Below are positions 18,322-29,001 of a stretch of 64,000 nucleotides of DNA, piece after piece. Where the stretch lies: contig JAFUXF010000035.1 in NCBI GenBank assembly GCA_017477185.1, positions 100,851 to 164,850 of the forward strand, given 5' to 3'. This stretch comes from Alphaproteobacteria bacterium (GTDB lineage: Bacteria > Pseudomonadota > Alphaproteobacteria > RF32 > CAG-239). How positions within the stretch are numbered: the first letter of the stretch is position 1; the number at the start of each line of letters is the position of its first letter. The position numbers and the translations under genes are program-made. The notes beneath the pieces are model-generated. The model was given only the letters and a program-made list of their open reading frames with translations, searched no databases and had not been told where the DNA came from.

Positions 18322-19683
18322 TTAACTTCCCTGTTTTAACAACTCATCAGCAACTTGATAGAGTTTTGAAGAATATCTAGCACCCTTTATAAGGACAATA
18401 TCGTTATTTTGCAACAATTTATTTAACAAAAAGTCACTCAAACCGTCTTTATTGTCAAAATAAAATGTCTGTCGCCCATCTTTAATCTGCGCTAACATAT
18501 CTTTCATTTCGGGGCAAATTCCAACCACAATATCAATTTTAGAATTTGCTACGACCTGCCCGACATCAATATGTTGCTGTTTTGAGGTATCTCCCAATTC
18601 TGCCATTTTACCGAGCACAGCAATTTTTCTCCCCTGACAAGGCATTTTATCTAATGATTTCACGGCAAACTTCATCGCCTCCGGTTGACCGGAATAGCTG
18701 TCATCAACAAGCGTATAGATTCCTTTAGAAAATTTTAATTTTGAGACTTTTCCGCGTCCGGCAAGGGCTCCGAATTTTTCAATCTCAGCCGCCGCCTTTG
18801 TCACATCCAATCCTAAGATTGCCACGACATTCAAGGCACATAAAGCATTATACAAATAGTGTTCGGCATTATCACTCAATCGAAACTTAACAATTGTTCC
18901 TTGAATATTGGCTGTATATTCTCCTTGCTCCTCCTTAAAAATTTCTGACTTTCCGAAAGTATAAATTTTAGCGGCATTCCCTTGCGCACGCAATTTTAAA
19001 ATATTTGCAAAATTCGTATCTTCATTGATTAAAGCCGGTGAATGCGGGCGTAAAGATTTAAAAATCTCGGCTTTTGCTTCAGCAATTCCCTCAAAGTTTT
19101 CGAAAAACTCAATATGCATCGGATAGACATTCGTTACAAGTGCCATATCAGGTTGAACGTAAGAAGCTAATTTTTCAATTTCTCCTTTTGCACTCATACC
19201 CATTTCTATAACAGCATAATCAGCAGACATATCCATATCGCACAAACTCCGCGGTACACCGATATGATTATTGAAGTTGCCTGTTGTTGCATACGTTTTA
19301 CCGAATAACGAGAGCAAAAATTTAATTTCTTCTTTAGTAGTGGTTTTGCCGGCACTTCCCGTCAAACCGATAACTTTTCCCTTAAACAACGAACGATTAT
19401 AAGCTCCTATTTTACCAAAAGCCTCTAAAGAAGAAGAAACAATTATCTGCCGATTCTCATCGACACCCTCAACTTTACGCTCCACAACCGCAAGCTCAAC
19501 CCCTTTTTTTATAACTTCTGCGACAAAATCATGCGCATCAAAATTTTCGCCTTTAATGGCGATAAACAAGTCACCTTTTTTTGCGATTCGGCTATCAGTA
19601 ACAATATCTGATATTTCCGTTTCAATAATGCAACCTTTATAATTAAGAATTTCTGTAAGTTTTTTTGATGATATTTTTTTCAT
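18322..19683 (-). CDS. murF: UDP-MurNAc-tripeptide D-Ala-D-Ala ligase
   Basis: [40 protein letters not shown]. Confidence 0.95.
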   Translation of the reverse strand: MKKISSKKLTEILNYKGCIIETEISDIVTDSRIAKKGDLFIAIKGENFDAHDFVAEVIKKGVELAVVERKVEGVDENRQIIVSSSLEAFGKIGAYNRSLFKGKVIGLTGSAGKTTTKEEIKFLLSLFGKTYATTGNFNNHIGVPRSLCDMDMSADYAVIEMGMSAKGEIEKLASYVQPDMALVTNVYPMHIEFFENFEGIAEAKAEIFKSLRPHSPALINEDTNFANILKLRAQGNAAKIYTFGKSEIFKEEQGEYTANIQGTIVKFRLSDNAEHYLYNALCALNVVAILGLDVTKAAAEIEKFGALAGRGKVSKLKFSKGIYTLVDDSYSGQPEAMKFAVKSLDKMPCQGRKIAVLGKMAELGDTSKQQHIDVGQVVANSKIDIVVGICPEMKDMLAQIKDGRQTFYFDNKDGLSDFLLNKLLQNNDIVLIKGARYSSKLYQVADELLKQGS

Positions 19684-19792
19684 TTTTCAATTCCTTGTGA
19701 ATAATACAAAAAAAATAACTCAAAGATATTAAAAATTGATTGAGTCCTAAATAAAATATGGATATCATCTGCATTGTAATAAGGATTAGAAT

Positions 19793-22700
19793 ATGGCGGA
19801 GCCAAAATTTGTACATTTAAGAGTTCATTCAGCATACTCCCTTTCTGAAGGTGCTATGCTTGTTCCTGCCTTAATGAAAAAATGTAAAGAAAACAACGTT
19901 GCCGCTATTGCCATTACCGATACCGCCAATATGTTTGGCGGGAAAGCTTTTTCTCACTATGCAGAAGATAATGGGATTAAACCGATTCTCGGTTGCCAAT
20001 TTTATCTGCGTAACCCTGATGCTGATAATCCTCTTAAATCCAAAGGACGCGTTATTGAGCCTGATAAAATCATTCTATTAGTTATGAATGCCCAAGGCTA
20101 TGAAAACATCATGAAACTGATGAAATTGGCTTATCTTGACGGCCCAAACATGGAAAAACCACAAATCTTAAAAGAACACCTTGCACAGTACAACCAAGGG
20201 CTGATTGCTTTAACCGGCGGCGTAGAAGGCCCTCTCGGGCGGCTGTTGCTTGCCAATCAAAAAGACGAAGCAGAACAAACCTTGCTCGAATTAAAAAAAG
20301 ACTTCGGTAACCGCTTGTATATGGAAATTTCTCGTATTGGTCTGGAAACCGAAAAAAAGACTGAAGATGATTTTATTGATTTGGCTTACAAACACGACAT
20401 CCCGCTAGTTGCCACCAATGAGGCCTTTTTCTTTGACACGGAAATGTATGAAGCACACGATATTCTGATGTGTATTGCTGCCGGAGAATATGCTGCCAAT
20501 GAAAATCGCCCGAAAAAATCACCCAATAATCGCCTTAAATCAGAAGCTGAAATGCTTGAACTATTTCAAGATTTGCCTGAAGCTACTCAAAATACAGTAC
20601 TAATAGCAAAACGTTGTAATTACTTATCAAAAAAAGTACAACCGCTATTACCTATTTTTGAATGTCCGGATGGCAAAACTCAAGACGAATTCATTACCGA
20701 AGAAGCCTACAAAGGCTTAGATGAGCGGATGAAAATTCATGTCTACTTTGAAGGGATGACCGCCGAACAAAAAGCCGAAATAGATACGCAATATTATGCT
20801 CGCTTAGAATATGAATTAAGCGTTATCAAAAAAATGGGATTCCCAGGATATTTTCTTATCGTATCAGACTTTATTCGCTGGTCCAAAAATAATGGAGTTC
20901 CCGTCGGTCCCGGACGAGGTTCCGGTGCCGGTTCTATTGTTGCTTGGTCACTAAAAGTAACAGAACTTGACCCGATTAAGTTAGATTTACTGTTTGAACG
21001 CTTCTTAAACCCTGAACGCGTTAATATGCCGGATTTTGACGTTGACTTTTGTCAGGAAAATCGTTTTAAAACGATTGACTATGTGCAACGTAAATATGGC
21101 TTTGACCATGTGGCACAAATCATCACTTATGGTAAATTACAAGCCAAAAACGTTATTCGTGATGTCGCTCGCGTTTTACAAATGCCTTATTCACAGGCAG
21201 ACAAGCTCAGCAAAATGATTCCTCCTCCGGTACAGGGTAAAAATGTAACATTAAAAGAATCTCTCGAGCAAGTCCCCGAACTTGAGGAAATGCGCCAAAA
21301 CGATCCACAAATCAACAAATTATTTGATATCGGCATGAAATTGGAAGGTTTATACCGTCAATCCGGTGTTCATGCAGCCGGTGTGGTTATCGGCGATCGT
21401 CCGCTTGATCAACTTGTCCCCCTTTATAAAGACCCTAAAGCAGATATGCCGGTCACACAATATGATATGAAGTATGTAGAAGAAACCGGTTTGATCAAAT
21501 TTGACTTTTTAGGCTTAAAAACTTTAACAGTTATCCAACGCGCTGTTGATTGGATAAAGAAGACTAAAGGAATTGATTTAGATATTGATGCCGTTCCTCT
21601 AGATGATAAGCCGACATATGAGTTGTTACAAAGAGGAGACACCGCTGCAGTTTTTCAGTTTGAATCAGCAGGAATGAAAGATGTTCATAAGCAAATAAAA
21701 CCTGACCGTTTTGAAGATTTAATTGCTATTGTTTCTCTTTATCGCCCCGGACCGATGGATAATATTCCAAGCTATATCAAACGCAAACACGGTGAAGAAA
21801 AAATAACCTATTTGCACCCGGCATTAGAACCGATAATCGGCGAAACCTATGGTATTATGATTTATCAAGAGCAAGTTATGAAAATCGCTCAGGTACTGGG
21901 CGGATACACCTTAGGCGGAGCAGACAAACTGCGTAAAGTCATGGGGAAAAAACTGCGTGATGAAATTCCGAAACAACGCAAAATGTTTACTGAAGGAGCT
22001 GTCAAAAACGGCATTGAAGAAGCAACCGCCACCGCCATTTTTGATCAAATGGAAAAATTTGCATCTTACGGCTTCAATAAATCACACGCTGCTGCCTATT
22101 CTCTTATTTCCTATCACACGGCATATCTTAAAGCGCACTTTCCTGTTGAATTTATGTGTGCTATCATGTCTTTAGATATTACCAATACCGACAAACTTCT
22201 CTTTTTTAAAGAAGAATGTAAACATTTGGGCTTTGAAGTCCTAAAACCGGACATCAACAAATCCGGTGCTGACTTTGTCGTTGAGGGCGGAAATATCCGT
22301 TATGCATTGGGAGCCGTTAAAGGTGTAGGTGCTGCCAACATGCAGGGAATTGTCGAAGAGAGAGAAAAAAACGGACCGTATAAAAGCATTTCAGACTTTA
22401 TTCATCGCACCGACAGCAAGCAGATCAACCGCCGCCAAATGGAACAATTAGTCAAAGCAGGGGCCTTTGATAGTCTTGAACATAATCGGGGAAAACTTTT
22501 CGCCAATTTAGACCTGATTTTGCAGCATATTGCCGCCGATACTGCCATGAAAAACAGTGTTCAAACCTCTCTGTTCGGCGATGAAGAACTATCCTCAGAT
22601 ATTCGATTAGCCGATAAACCTGATTGGCCTGAGCTCGAAAAATTACGCCTTGAGGCAGAAAGTATTGGCTTTTATTTATCCGCCCACCCACTTGACAGCT

Positions 22701-23263
22701 ATCGCAAGGGAATAGAAAAATTAGGAGTCAAAACCGCCGTTGAAGTATTCTCAAACATTAAAACCGGCGATAATATTTGCGCTAAATTGGCTGGCTGCGT
22801 CAATGCAGTTCAAAAACGCATCAGCAAAAAAGGCAATAAATTTGCTTTTGTTGAATTTTCGGATACAACCAGTAAATTCGAAGGCTTGCTTTTTTCTGAA
22901 GGACTGACAAAATACGAAGACATTTTAAATTCCGGAATTCCTGTTCTGATTCATATGACTATTGATAAGCAAAATGAAGAAGGTAATCCTCGGTGCATGA
23001 TTGATTCCGTAGAAACCCTAGACCAAGCCATAGCCAACAGCGCAAATGGATTAGAAATTCAAATCAGCAACATTGATGCTATTTCTCCGCTTAAACAAAT
23101 TCTGCAATCTGATAGAAACGGCAAAAATAAAATATATATTATTCCCGAGAATCAAGAGTGGGATATCCGCATTCAACTGGCAGGCGGATTTGCTTTTGCC
23201 AGTCCGGATTTTCTAAGCCGCATTCGAAATATTCCGGGCATATCAAACATAAAGGAACTCTAA
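19793..23263 (+). CDS. dnaE: DNA polymerase III alpha subunit
   Basis: PHP domain HLRVHSAYSL, GRGSGAGS, PDFDVDF, YGFNKSHAAAY. Confidence 0.99.
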   Translation: MAEPKFVHLRVHSAYSLSEGAMLVPALMKKCKENNVAAIAITDTANMFGGKAFSHYAEDNGIKPILGCQFYLRNPDADNPLKSKGRVIEPDKIILLVMNAQGYENIMKLMKLAYLDGPNMEKPQILKEHLAQYNQGLIALTGGVEGPLGRLLLANQKDEAEQTLLELKKDFGNRLYMEISRIGLETEKKTEDDFIDLAYKHDIPLVATNEAFFFDTEMYEAHDILMCIAAGEYAANENRPKKSPNNRLKSEAEMLELFQDLPEATQNTVLIAKRCNYLSKKVQPLLPIFECPDGKTQDEFITEEAYKGLDERMKIHVYFEGMTAEQKAEIDTQYYARLEYELSVIKKMGFPGYFLIVSDFIRWSKNNGVPVGPGRGSGAGSIVAWSLKVTELDPIKLDLLFERFLNPERVNMPDFDVDFCQENRFKTIDYVQRKYGFDHVAQIITYGKLQAKNVIRDVARVLQMPYSQADKLSKMIPPPVQGKNVTLKESLEQVPELEEMRQNDPQINKLFDIGMKLEGLYRQSGVHAAGVVIGDRPLDQLVPLYKDPKADMPVTQYDMKYVEETGLIKFDFLGLKTLTVIQRAVDWIKKTKGIDLDIDAVPLDDKPTYELLQRGDTAAVFQFESAGMKDVHKQIKPDRFEDLIAIVSLYRPGPMDNIPSYIKRKHGEEKITYLHPALEPIIGETYGIMIYQEQVMKIAQVLGGYTLGGADKLRKVMGKKLRDEIPKQRKMFTEGAVKNGIEEATATAIFDQMEKFASYGFNKSHAAAYSLISYHTAYLKAHFPVEFMCAIMSLDITNTDKLLFFKEECKHLGFEVLKPDINKSGADFVVEGGNIRYALGAVKGVGAANMQGIVEEREKNGPYKSISDFIHRTDSKQINRRQMEQLVKAGAFDSLEHNRGKLFANLDLILQHIAADTAMKNSVQTSLFGDEELSSDIRLADKPDWPELEKLRLEAESIGFYLSAHPLDSYRKGIEKLGVKTAVEVFSNIKTGDNICAKLAGCVNAVQKRISKKGNKFAFVEFSDTTSKFEGLLFSEGLTKYEDILNSGIPVLIHMTIDKQNEEGNPRCMIDSVETLDQAIANSANGLEIQISNIDAISPLKQILQSDRNGKNKIYIIPENQEWDIRIQLAGGFAFASPDFLSRIRNIPGISNIKEL

Positions 23264-23264
23264 T

Positions 23265-24116
23265 ATGTCAAAAAAAACGTCATCTGCTTATAACAAACCC
23301 ATTTTCAGCTTAGCTGCAAACGCAACGGTAAAAATATCCCTCTGGAGAATCATCACTGAACCGTTTAAAATACTTTGTATAAATTGGCAGATGTTTTTTA
23401 TGCTGGCGATACCTATTGCCATTTTACTGACAATCAGTGCCATCAGTTTCGGACGCACGACACTTTGCAATATAAGCAGTGAACTGTCCATCACCTCAAG
23501 CACATGCAGTGACTCCCCCCTGAATTTTTACTTTAATATAATTTTATGCTTTTTTATTTTGCTTCTATTTGCCGTAAAATGGTATCAGCTAGCAATTGGG
23601 AAAAACCCCTTTTCATTAAAAAGTTTCATAACTTTAAACCGAGGACAAATCAAAGCCATCGGCTGGTTTTGTTTTTTCACACTTATCAATCTTTCCCCTT
23701 TGATAGCACTAATTATCTTATTTTTGCGTGTACCCAACCCGATTTGGCAACAAGAACTGCTCTTTTTCACCTCTGTTGCTTGGATATTTTTACTTCCTCT
23801 GATTGCTATTCGCTTTTATATGCTTATTGCTTTTGCATTAGAAAATCAAACCGCTCCTTCATTTAAAACAATCTGGGACATGACTGCCGGCAACATGCTC
23901 AAACTTCTGTTAGGCACAGCCGTTATCATCTTTCTTGCATTATGCTTATTCATGCAATACTATAGCTCCGTGCAAACAGTTTCTCAAATATCTTTTGCAG
24001 TAATCTTCGCAACAGAATTTGAGTACAATATTTTAATGACTTTATTTATGGCACTTTGCGTAAATTACTGTTACATACAAAAAGAGCTATTTTTTAAAGG
24101 AGCCGAAAATGAATAA
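23265..24116 (+). CDS. Hypothetical polytopic membrane protein
   Basis: 283 aa with several TM segments; similar layout to the next gene (T.GNMLK motif in both). Confidence 0.75.
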   Translation: MSKKTSSAYNKPIFSLAANATVKISLWRIITEPFKILCINWQMFFMLAIPIAILLTISAISFGRTTLCNISSELSITSSTCSDSPLNFYFNIILCFFILLLFAVKWYQLAIGKNPFSLKSFITLNRGQIKAIGWFCFFTLINLSPLIALIILFLRVPNPIWQQELLFFTSVAWIFLLPLIAIRFYMLIAFALENQTAPSFKTIWDMTAGNMLKLLLGTAVIIFLALCLFMQYYSSVQTVSQISFAVIFATEFEYNILMTLFMALCVNYCYIQKELFFKGAENE

Positions 24117-24888
24117 CAATATCATCAAATTACCCTTATGGGAAACAATCAGTCATAGCTTTTTATATATCATAAAAAATATCAAGACAATCTGCCAAAT
24201 ATGCTCCGTTTTTTTGATTCTGTGGCTTATAAATATTTTCAGCGGACACCCCTTATTGTGCAATGCATCCAAAGAAAGCTGTATGACTCAGTGGCTTCCT
24301 TTGAGTTTTGCCATTATACAGTACCTCGCCTGTGCAGTCATCACCGTGGAAACTATTCGCAGTATCGTATTTAAACAAAATCACAAATGGTTCCATTTAT
24401 ATTTAGGGAAACACCATATTCGTTATATTGCCTACAATGTAGCTATAGCTTTAATGGTTATTATCCCATCAGCTCTAATTCTGATGATTGTAAAAAGTAC
24501 AGATGCCCGAAATTTATCTGATTTTACCATAGCCTTATTAGGAGCCGCTTTTATTTCAACTTTAATCGGTTTAAGCATCTTTTGCTGCAGACTTTATCTT
24601 GTCTATGGCGGTGCCGCCTTAAATGACCGAAACATGACCTTTGCCAAATCATATATGCTAACTAAGGGGAATATGTTAAAAATTTGTATTGGGCAACTTA
24701 TTTTAACCTTACCGACAATACTAATGGTCTATATTGCAAGCAGCATATATTTTGCCTTTACACCCAATGCTTATACTCAAAGCCTATATTCATTATGGAT
24801 TATCTTATGTTATTTTTTGGAAGCCACGATTAAAGGCTCTTACTATTGCCACCTATATCAATTCTTTGAATATATGAGCAAAAAATAA
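24109..24888 (+). CDS. Hypothetical polytopic membrane protein, likely paralog of 23265
   Basis: 259 aa, overlapping start/stop, shared T.GNMLK motif. Confidence 0.75.
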   Translation: MNNNIIKLPLWETISHSFLYIIKNIKTICQICSVFLILWLINIFSGHPLLCNASKESCMTQWLPLSFAIIQYLACAVITVETIRSIVFKQNHKWFHLYLGKHHIRYIAYNVAIALMVIIPSALILMIVKSTDARNLSDFTIALLGAAFISTLIGLSIFCCRLYLVYGGAALNDRNMTFAKSYMLTKGNMLKICIGQLILTLPTILMVYIASSIYFAFTPNAYTQSLYSLWIILCYFLEATIKGSYYCHLYQFFEYMSKK

Positions 24889-24986
24889 TTTATTTTAGAG
24901 CAAACAAGGCTTGCCAAATAAAAATTTACATGTTATATAAGCGAGTCAATGTTAACATCTAATTTAGTGAAAAGGTGGTGATTTAA

Positions 24987-25193
24987 GTGGTTCAAGTTAC
25001 TGTTATCGGAAATGATGTCGGACAATCATTAAAAGTTCTCAAGAAGAAAATGCAACGTGAAGGTATTTTCCGTGAGATGAAATTAAGACGTTGTCACGAA
25101 AAAAATTCTGAGAAAAAAGCTCGTCGCCAAGCTGAAGCTGTACGCAGAGCTCGTAAGCAACTAAGAAAACGCTTAGATACAGAAGGATTCTAA
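24987..25193 (+). CDS. rpsU: 30S ribosomal protein S21
   Basis: [34 protein letters not shown]; GTG start with AGGTGG RBS. Confidence 0.95.
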   Translation: MVQVTVIGNDVGQSLKVLKKKMQREGIFREMKLRRCHEKNSEKKARRQAEAVRRARKQLRKRLDTEGF

Positions 25194-25206
25194 AATTCTT
25201 CACAAT

Positions 25207-25240
25207 AAAAAAAAGGATACCTTGCGGTATCCTTTTTTTT
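25207..25240. terminator. Bidirectional terminator
   Basis: aaaaaaaggatac-cttgcg-gtatcctttttt. Confidence 0.8.
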
Positions 25241-25640
25241 ATTTTCCAACTTGGGAAGGTGCTGGTGTCGGAACCATGCATCGATAATACCCCATACAAT
25301 CATCCTCACTGGGGATATATCCTCTGGATTCGCAAAATTCCTTCGTAAACCGATACTTCGGCGGGCAACAATGGACATAATGACTGTTGCGTGGACAAGT
25401 CACGATAACTCCGCCTCCCTCGCAAGATGTCTGTGTATACCCCTTTTCCATACACCATTCACGACCACTAGTTGCTTTGTAAGTAGAAGTCGGTTGCGAT
25501 TTAAACGAGACACCGGAACCACGACGAGCAGAACCTCCGGATCCTGAATCTCCTAACATACGCACACCTGCACTTGCTGTTGTTACAAAAAACAACGACA
25601 ATAATATAAACAAAACTTTTTTCATTTTCTGGTTACTCAT
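25239..25640 (-). CDS. Small secreted Cys-rich protein
   Basis: Signal peptide, Gly/Ser linker, two C..KGY/C..RGY units with 8 Cys. Confidence 0.75.
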   Translation of the reverse strand: MSNQKMKKVLFILLSLFFVTTASAGVRMLGDSGSGGSARRGSGVSFKSQPTSTYKATSGREWCMEKGYTQTSCEGGGVIVTCPRNSHYVHCCPPKYRFTKEFCESRGYIPSEDDCMGYYRCMVPTPAPSQVGK

Positions 25641-25819
25641 ACTTTTATTTGTAAGTTCTTACACAAATACTGGCTTCTACGCAGAGAATCTTCTTTTCTC
25701 AAGGCCTCAATTCTAACGATGTTTTTCCAGATACACTCTTTATTAAAAGCTATCGTCGCATTCAATTGATTCTGCTCCGATACGAGTTTATCTTCAGATA
25801 AGCGTTCATTCATGAGCAT
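25637..25819 (-). CDS. Small coiled-coil-like hypothetical protein
   Basis: GAGGAG RBS; ATGA stop/start overlap with the next gene. Confidence 0.6.
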   Translation of the reverse strand: MLMNERLSEDKLVSEQNQLNATIAFNKECIWKNIVRIEALRKEDSLRRSQYLCKNLQIKV

Positions 25820-25903
25820 CTCCTCAATATAAGTTCTCTAACAGTGCCACATTATAATTTAAACCTTAATTTGTCAAGTAATTTCCTATATTTATCAAAA
25901 AAA

Positions 25904-26110
25904 TTACGATTGATTTAACTGGTCTAAAAGACGCAAATTTAAATCAATATTTGACTGTAATTGATTAATTTGAATGACCAATGAGCGAATTTGAGCTTCG
26001 TTATATTTAATCTCCAACTGGCATTCTTGGATCAATTGTTCCCGCTCCGAATATTTTTTGAGCAAATGAGTCTGTCTCAAATTTTCAAAATTAAAAATCA
26101 CCGCATCCAT
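25904..26110 (-). CDS. Small coiled-coil-like hypothetical protein
   Basis: GAGGAG RBS before ATG 26110 (track start 26179); heptad-like Q/L/I pattern. Confidence 0.6.
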   Translation of the reverse strand: MDAVIFNFENLRQTHLLKKYSEREQLIQECQLEIKYNEAQIRSLVIQINQLQSNIDLNLRLLDQLNQS

Positions 26111-26225
26111 AATTGTCTCCTCTTTATTGAAATAGAATATAAGAAATAAAAAACTGTTTTCCAGAGCTCCAAACAACATTTTTCTATTGCAATTACTGAA
26201 AATTTGTTATAATAACATAGTCGTT

Positions 26226-26311
26226 GCCCTGGTGGCGGAATTGGTAGACGCGCATGCTTCAGGTGCATGTGGCCTCAGGTCGTGAAAGTTCAAGTCTTTT
26301 CCAGGGCACCA
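26226..26311 (+). tRNA. tRNA-Leu(CAG)
   Basis: GCCCTGG acceptor, CATGC-TTCAGGT-GCATG anticodon arm, long variable arm, TTCAAGT T-loop, CCA. Confidence 0.95.
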
Positions 26312-26312
26312 C

Positions 26313-26340
26313 AAAAAGCACCCTTCAAGGGTGTTTTTTA
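26313..26340 (+). terminator. Terminator after tRNA-Leu
   Basis: aaaaagcaccc-ttcaa-gggtgttttt. Confidence 0.8.
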
Positions 26341-26517
26341 TTTTCTCTTTTTTCCAACACTTATAAATTTCTCAAAGAGCATAAATAAATCCTTGACATC
26401 TGAAGATAAAAATATTTATATATGCGATAAGATTTAGCGGTGCTGATATCTTATTATTTTTTTGTGCCGCTTTCATAATCCAGACAACGATAAAAATAAC
26501 TTTTAAACAGGTAAAAA

Positions 26518-26715
26518 ATGGCAAAATTAAATCCTATACAGTTTTTAAGACAAGTCAAACAAGAAGTGAAAAAAGTTTCTTGGGCTACAAAGAAAGAAGT
26601 CATGCAAACGTCTACCATGGTCATCATTTTAGTTACCATAGCAGCTACTTTTTTCTTTTTTGTTGACCAAATTATCGGTTGGCTGATGAAGTTAATTTTA
26701 GGTCTTGGAGTTTAA
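26518..26715 (+). CDS. secE: Preprotein translocase subunit SecE
   Basis: FLRQVKQEVKKVSWAT, single TM, upstream of nusG. Confidence 0.93.
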   Translation: MAKLNPIQFLRQVKQEVKKVSWATKKEVMQTSTMVIILVTIAATFFFFVDQIIGWLMKLILGLGV

Positions 26716-26719
26716 TAAG

Positions 26720-27256
26720 ATGACAGCACGTTGGTATGTTCTTCATGTCTATTCCGGCTCTGAAAAAAAGGTAGCCGAATCAATCAGAGAACAAGCAGCC
26801 TTAAAAAATATTGAAGATAAAATTCAAGAAGTTATTGTTCCGACAGAAGAGGTCGTTGAAGTCCGTAAAGGAACAAAAGTTAATGCAGAACATAAATTCT
26901 TCCCCGGTTATGTGTTAATTAAAATGGAAATGTCCGATGAGTACTGGCATATCGTTAAAAATACGCCGCGTGTAACCGGATTCTTAGGAAGTCGTAACAA
27001 ACCGCAGCCGATCAGCGAAGCGGAAGCAAAACGTATTATGACCCAAATGCAAGAAGGTATTGAGCGTCCTCAAACTGTCGTCGAATACGAAATAGGCGAA
27101 CAAGTACGCGTTAATGATGGTCCGTTTGCTTCCTTTATCGGTTTGGTTGAAGATGTCGACACTGAAAAATCACGACTGAAAGTATCTGTTTCTATTTTCG
27201 GACGCTCAACTCCCGTAGAGTTGGAATTTAATCAGGTCGAAAAAATTAAACAATAG
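26720..27256 (+). CDS. nusG: Transcription factor NusG
   Basis: [48 protein letters not shown]; start ATG 26720. Confidence 0.98.
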   Translation: MTARWYVLHVYSGSEKKVAESIREQAALKNIEDKIQEVIVPTEEVVEVRKGTKVNAEHKFFPGYVLIKMEMSDEYWHIVKNTPRVTGFLGSRNKPQPISEAEAKRIMTQMQEGIERPQTVVEYEIGEQVRVNDGPFASFIGLVEDVDTEKSRLKVSVSIFGRSTPVELEFNQVEKIKQ

Positions 27257-27282
27257 TTTTACATATAATTAAGGAGAGACTA

Positions 27283-27825
27283 ATGAAAAACTTTATCAAT
27301 GAGTTCAAAAAATTTGCAATGCGCGGCAATGTTATAGACATGGCTGTCGGTATTATCATTGGTGCTGCGTTCGGTAAAATTGTCGATTCGCTGGTAAAAG
27401 ATGTTATTATGCCACCGATTGGCTTATTACTTGGCAAAGTAGATTTTTCTAATCTCTTCATTACCCTTAAAGAAGGTGCTATACCGGCCCCTTATGCCTC
27501 ATTGGATGCAGCACAAAAAGCCGGAGCTGTCACTATGAATATCGGAATTTTTGTAAATGCTTTGATCAGCTTTACGATTGTTGCTTTTGCCGTATTTATC
27601 TTAATCAAGGCAATCAACGAATTACAGGCAAAAATGCTCAAAAAAGAAGCAGAAGAAGCTGCGGCAAACCCAACCACCAAGACTTGTCCGTACTGCTTTT
27701 CTGAAATTGACATCAAAGCAACGAAATGTCCGCATTGTACAAGTGAATTAAGTGCAACAAAGGCTCCAAAAGCCGAAGAAAAAGCACAAAGCAACGCTAA
27801 AACTGCAAAAAAAGTAAAAAGATAA
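27283..27825 (+). CDS. mscL: Large-conductance mechanosensitive channel with C-terminal zinc ribbon
   Basis: [28 protein letters not shown]; CPYC...CPHC tail. Confidence 0.95.
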   Translation: MKNFINEFKKFAMRGNVIDMAVGIIIGAAFGKIVDSLVKDVIMPPIGLLLGKVDFSNLFITLKEGAIPAPYASLDAAQKAGAVTMNIGIFVNALISFTIVAFAVFILIKAINELQAKMLKKEAEEAAANPTTKTCPYCFSEIDIKATKCPHCTSELSATKAPKAEEKAQSNAKTAKKVKR

Positions 27826-27886
27826 CGATATATTAACATATTCGTTTTAGACTGCATATAACTTCTGGTTTAAGAACGAGATTTAT

Positions 27887-28465
27887 ATGCAAAAGTTAAA
27901 GCAGTACATATTGAATTTGACGCTTGTTGTTGGGCTGATGTGCCCATCAACAAGCGTTTTTGCATCTAATTTTCATCTCATTCTCGGTGCCGATTATGTT
28001 AATTCACACATCAAATATAACAAAAACAAAAACGCCAAACAAACTGAAAAACCCGAGAGCAATTACAACGGCTATGCACCTGTTATCGGTATCAGTGCCT
28101 ATGGCATCAGTTTAGAAGCCTTTTTATTAAATACACCGACAAAAGAAAAGGATTCAATAGAAACAAAGATTCGCGCCTATGGTTTTGATATTATAGGAGA
28201 AGCAAGCCTCTCAGATAACTTTACCGTACTCGCCTCGTTGGGATTAGCCAAATACGAATTTAATACCAAAAACAAAAAGAGAACCTTTGGAGCCAAAATA
28301 GATGATAGCAACAACGGACCGAGATTTGGTATCGGTTTGCAATATTATATCTCTCGCAACTTAGCGATTCGAGCCATGTATCATTATACATTATTAAACT
28401 CCGGTGAAGATGATTTATATGATGCCGTCAGTGAATTTACTGCTGGTCTTCGCCTTTATTTTTAA
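27887..28465 (+). CDS. Outer-membrane beta-barrel (OmpA-TM/porin-like) protein
   Basis: Signal peptide, alternating beta-strand pattern, GIGLQYY, terminal F. Confidence 0.8.
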   Translation: MQKLKQYILNLTLVVGLMCPSTSVFASNFHLILGADYVNSHIKYNKNKNAKQTEKPESNYNGYAPVIGISAYGISLEAFLLNTPTKEKDSIETKIRAYGFDIIGEASLSDNFTVLASLGLAKYEFNTKNKKRTFGAKIDDSNNGPRFGIGLQYYISRNLAIRAMYHYTLLNSGEDDLYDAVSEFTAGLRLYF

Positions 28466-28938
28466 TAAGCCGGGTATGTTGTAATCGTATTACTTAAATT
28501 AGGCTCTTCAATGTAATCAACATCCGTCGCCGGATAAGATTGAATATCGTAAATCCGTCCGCCTGATTCATAAAGTGTATTTTGAATTTGTTTATTAACT
28601 TTTTGCGGGGACTCCTGTGGTGAAATTTTCGGATTTTGAGGAAGCCCCTCCTGTATCATATTTTGCGACGCATTTTGCATATTTGCAGAGATTTCTTTTG
28701 GCATATTCTCTGTACCAATGTGTAACACTGGAGGTGAAACGATTGGATTACCTAACGGATTTTCCTCATTGGGTTGCACAAGTAAAACACTCTCACTTTT
28801 ACCCTTACCGAAATTAGCGCGCCCATAAACTTCTACCGGATCATTTTCCTGCGATTCTTTTATAACATCTAATGTTTGCGCTTGTGTTTTTCCAATAAAT
28901 AAAATAAAAAAAAGTCCGCAAAATACAGCTTTACGCAT
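28462..28938 (-). CDS. Hypothetical exported protein
   Basis: Signal peptide; Pro/Asn/Gln-rich. Confidence 0.7.
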   Translation of the reverse strand: MRKAVFCGLFFILFIGKTQAQTLDVIKESQENDPVEVYGRANFGKGKSESVLLVQPNEENPLGNPIVSPPVLHIGTENMPKEISANMQNASQNMIQEGLPQNPKISPQESPQKVNKQIQNTLYESGGRIYDIQSYPATDVDYIEEPNLSNTITTYPAY

Positions 28939-29001
28939 CTGCCCCTCAAAAAAATTATTTCTTTCTTTTGAAATAAGCGCAAACCTTAAAATTTAAAGAG
29001 A

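Noticed and set aside
26312-26400. tRNA-mirror element after tRNA-Leu
   Set aside because: Only a plain terminator; no inverted or split T-arm copy
26400-26517. tRNA-Trp expected before secE
   Set aside because: Only a simple hairpin; no cloverleaf or T-loop
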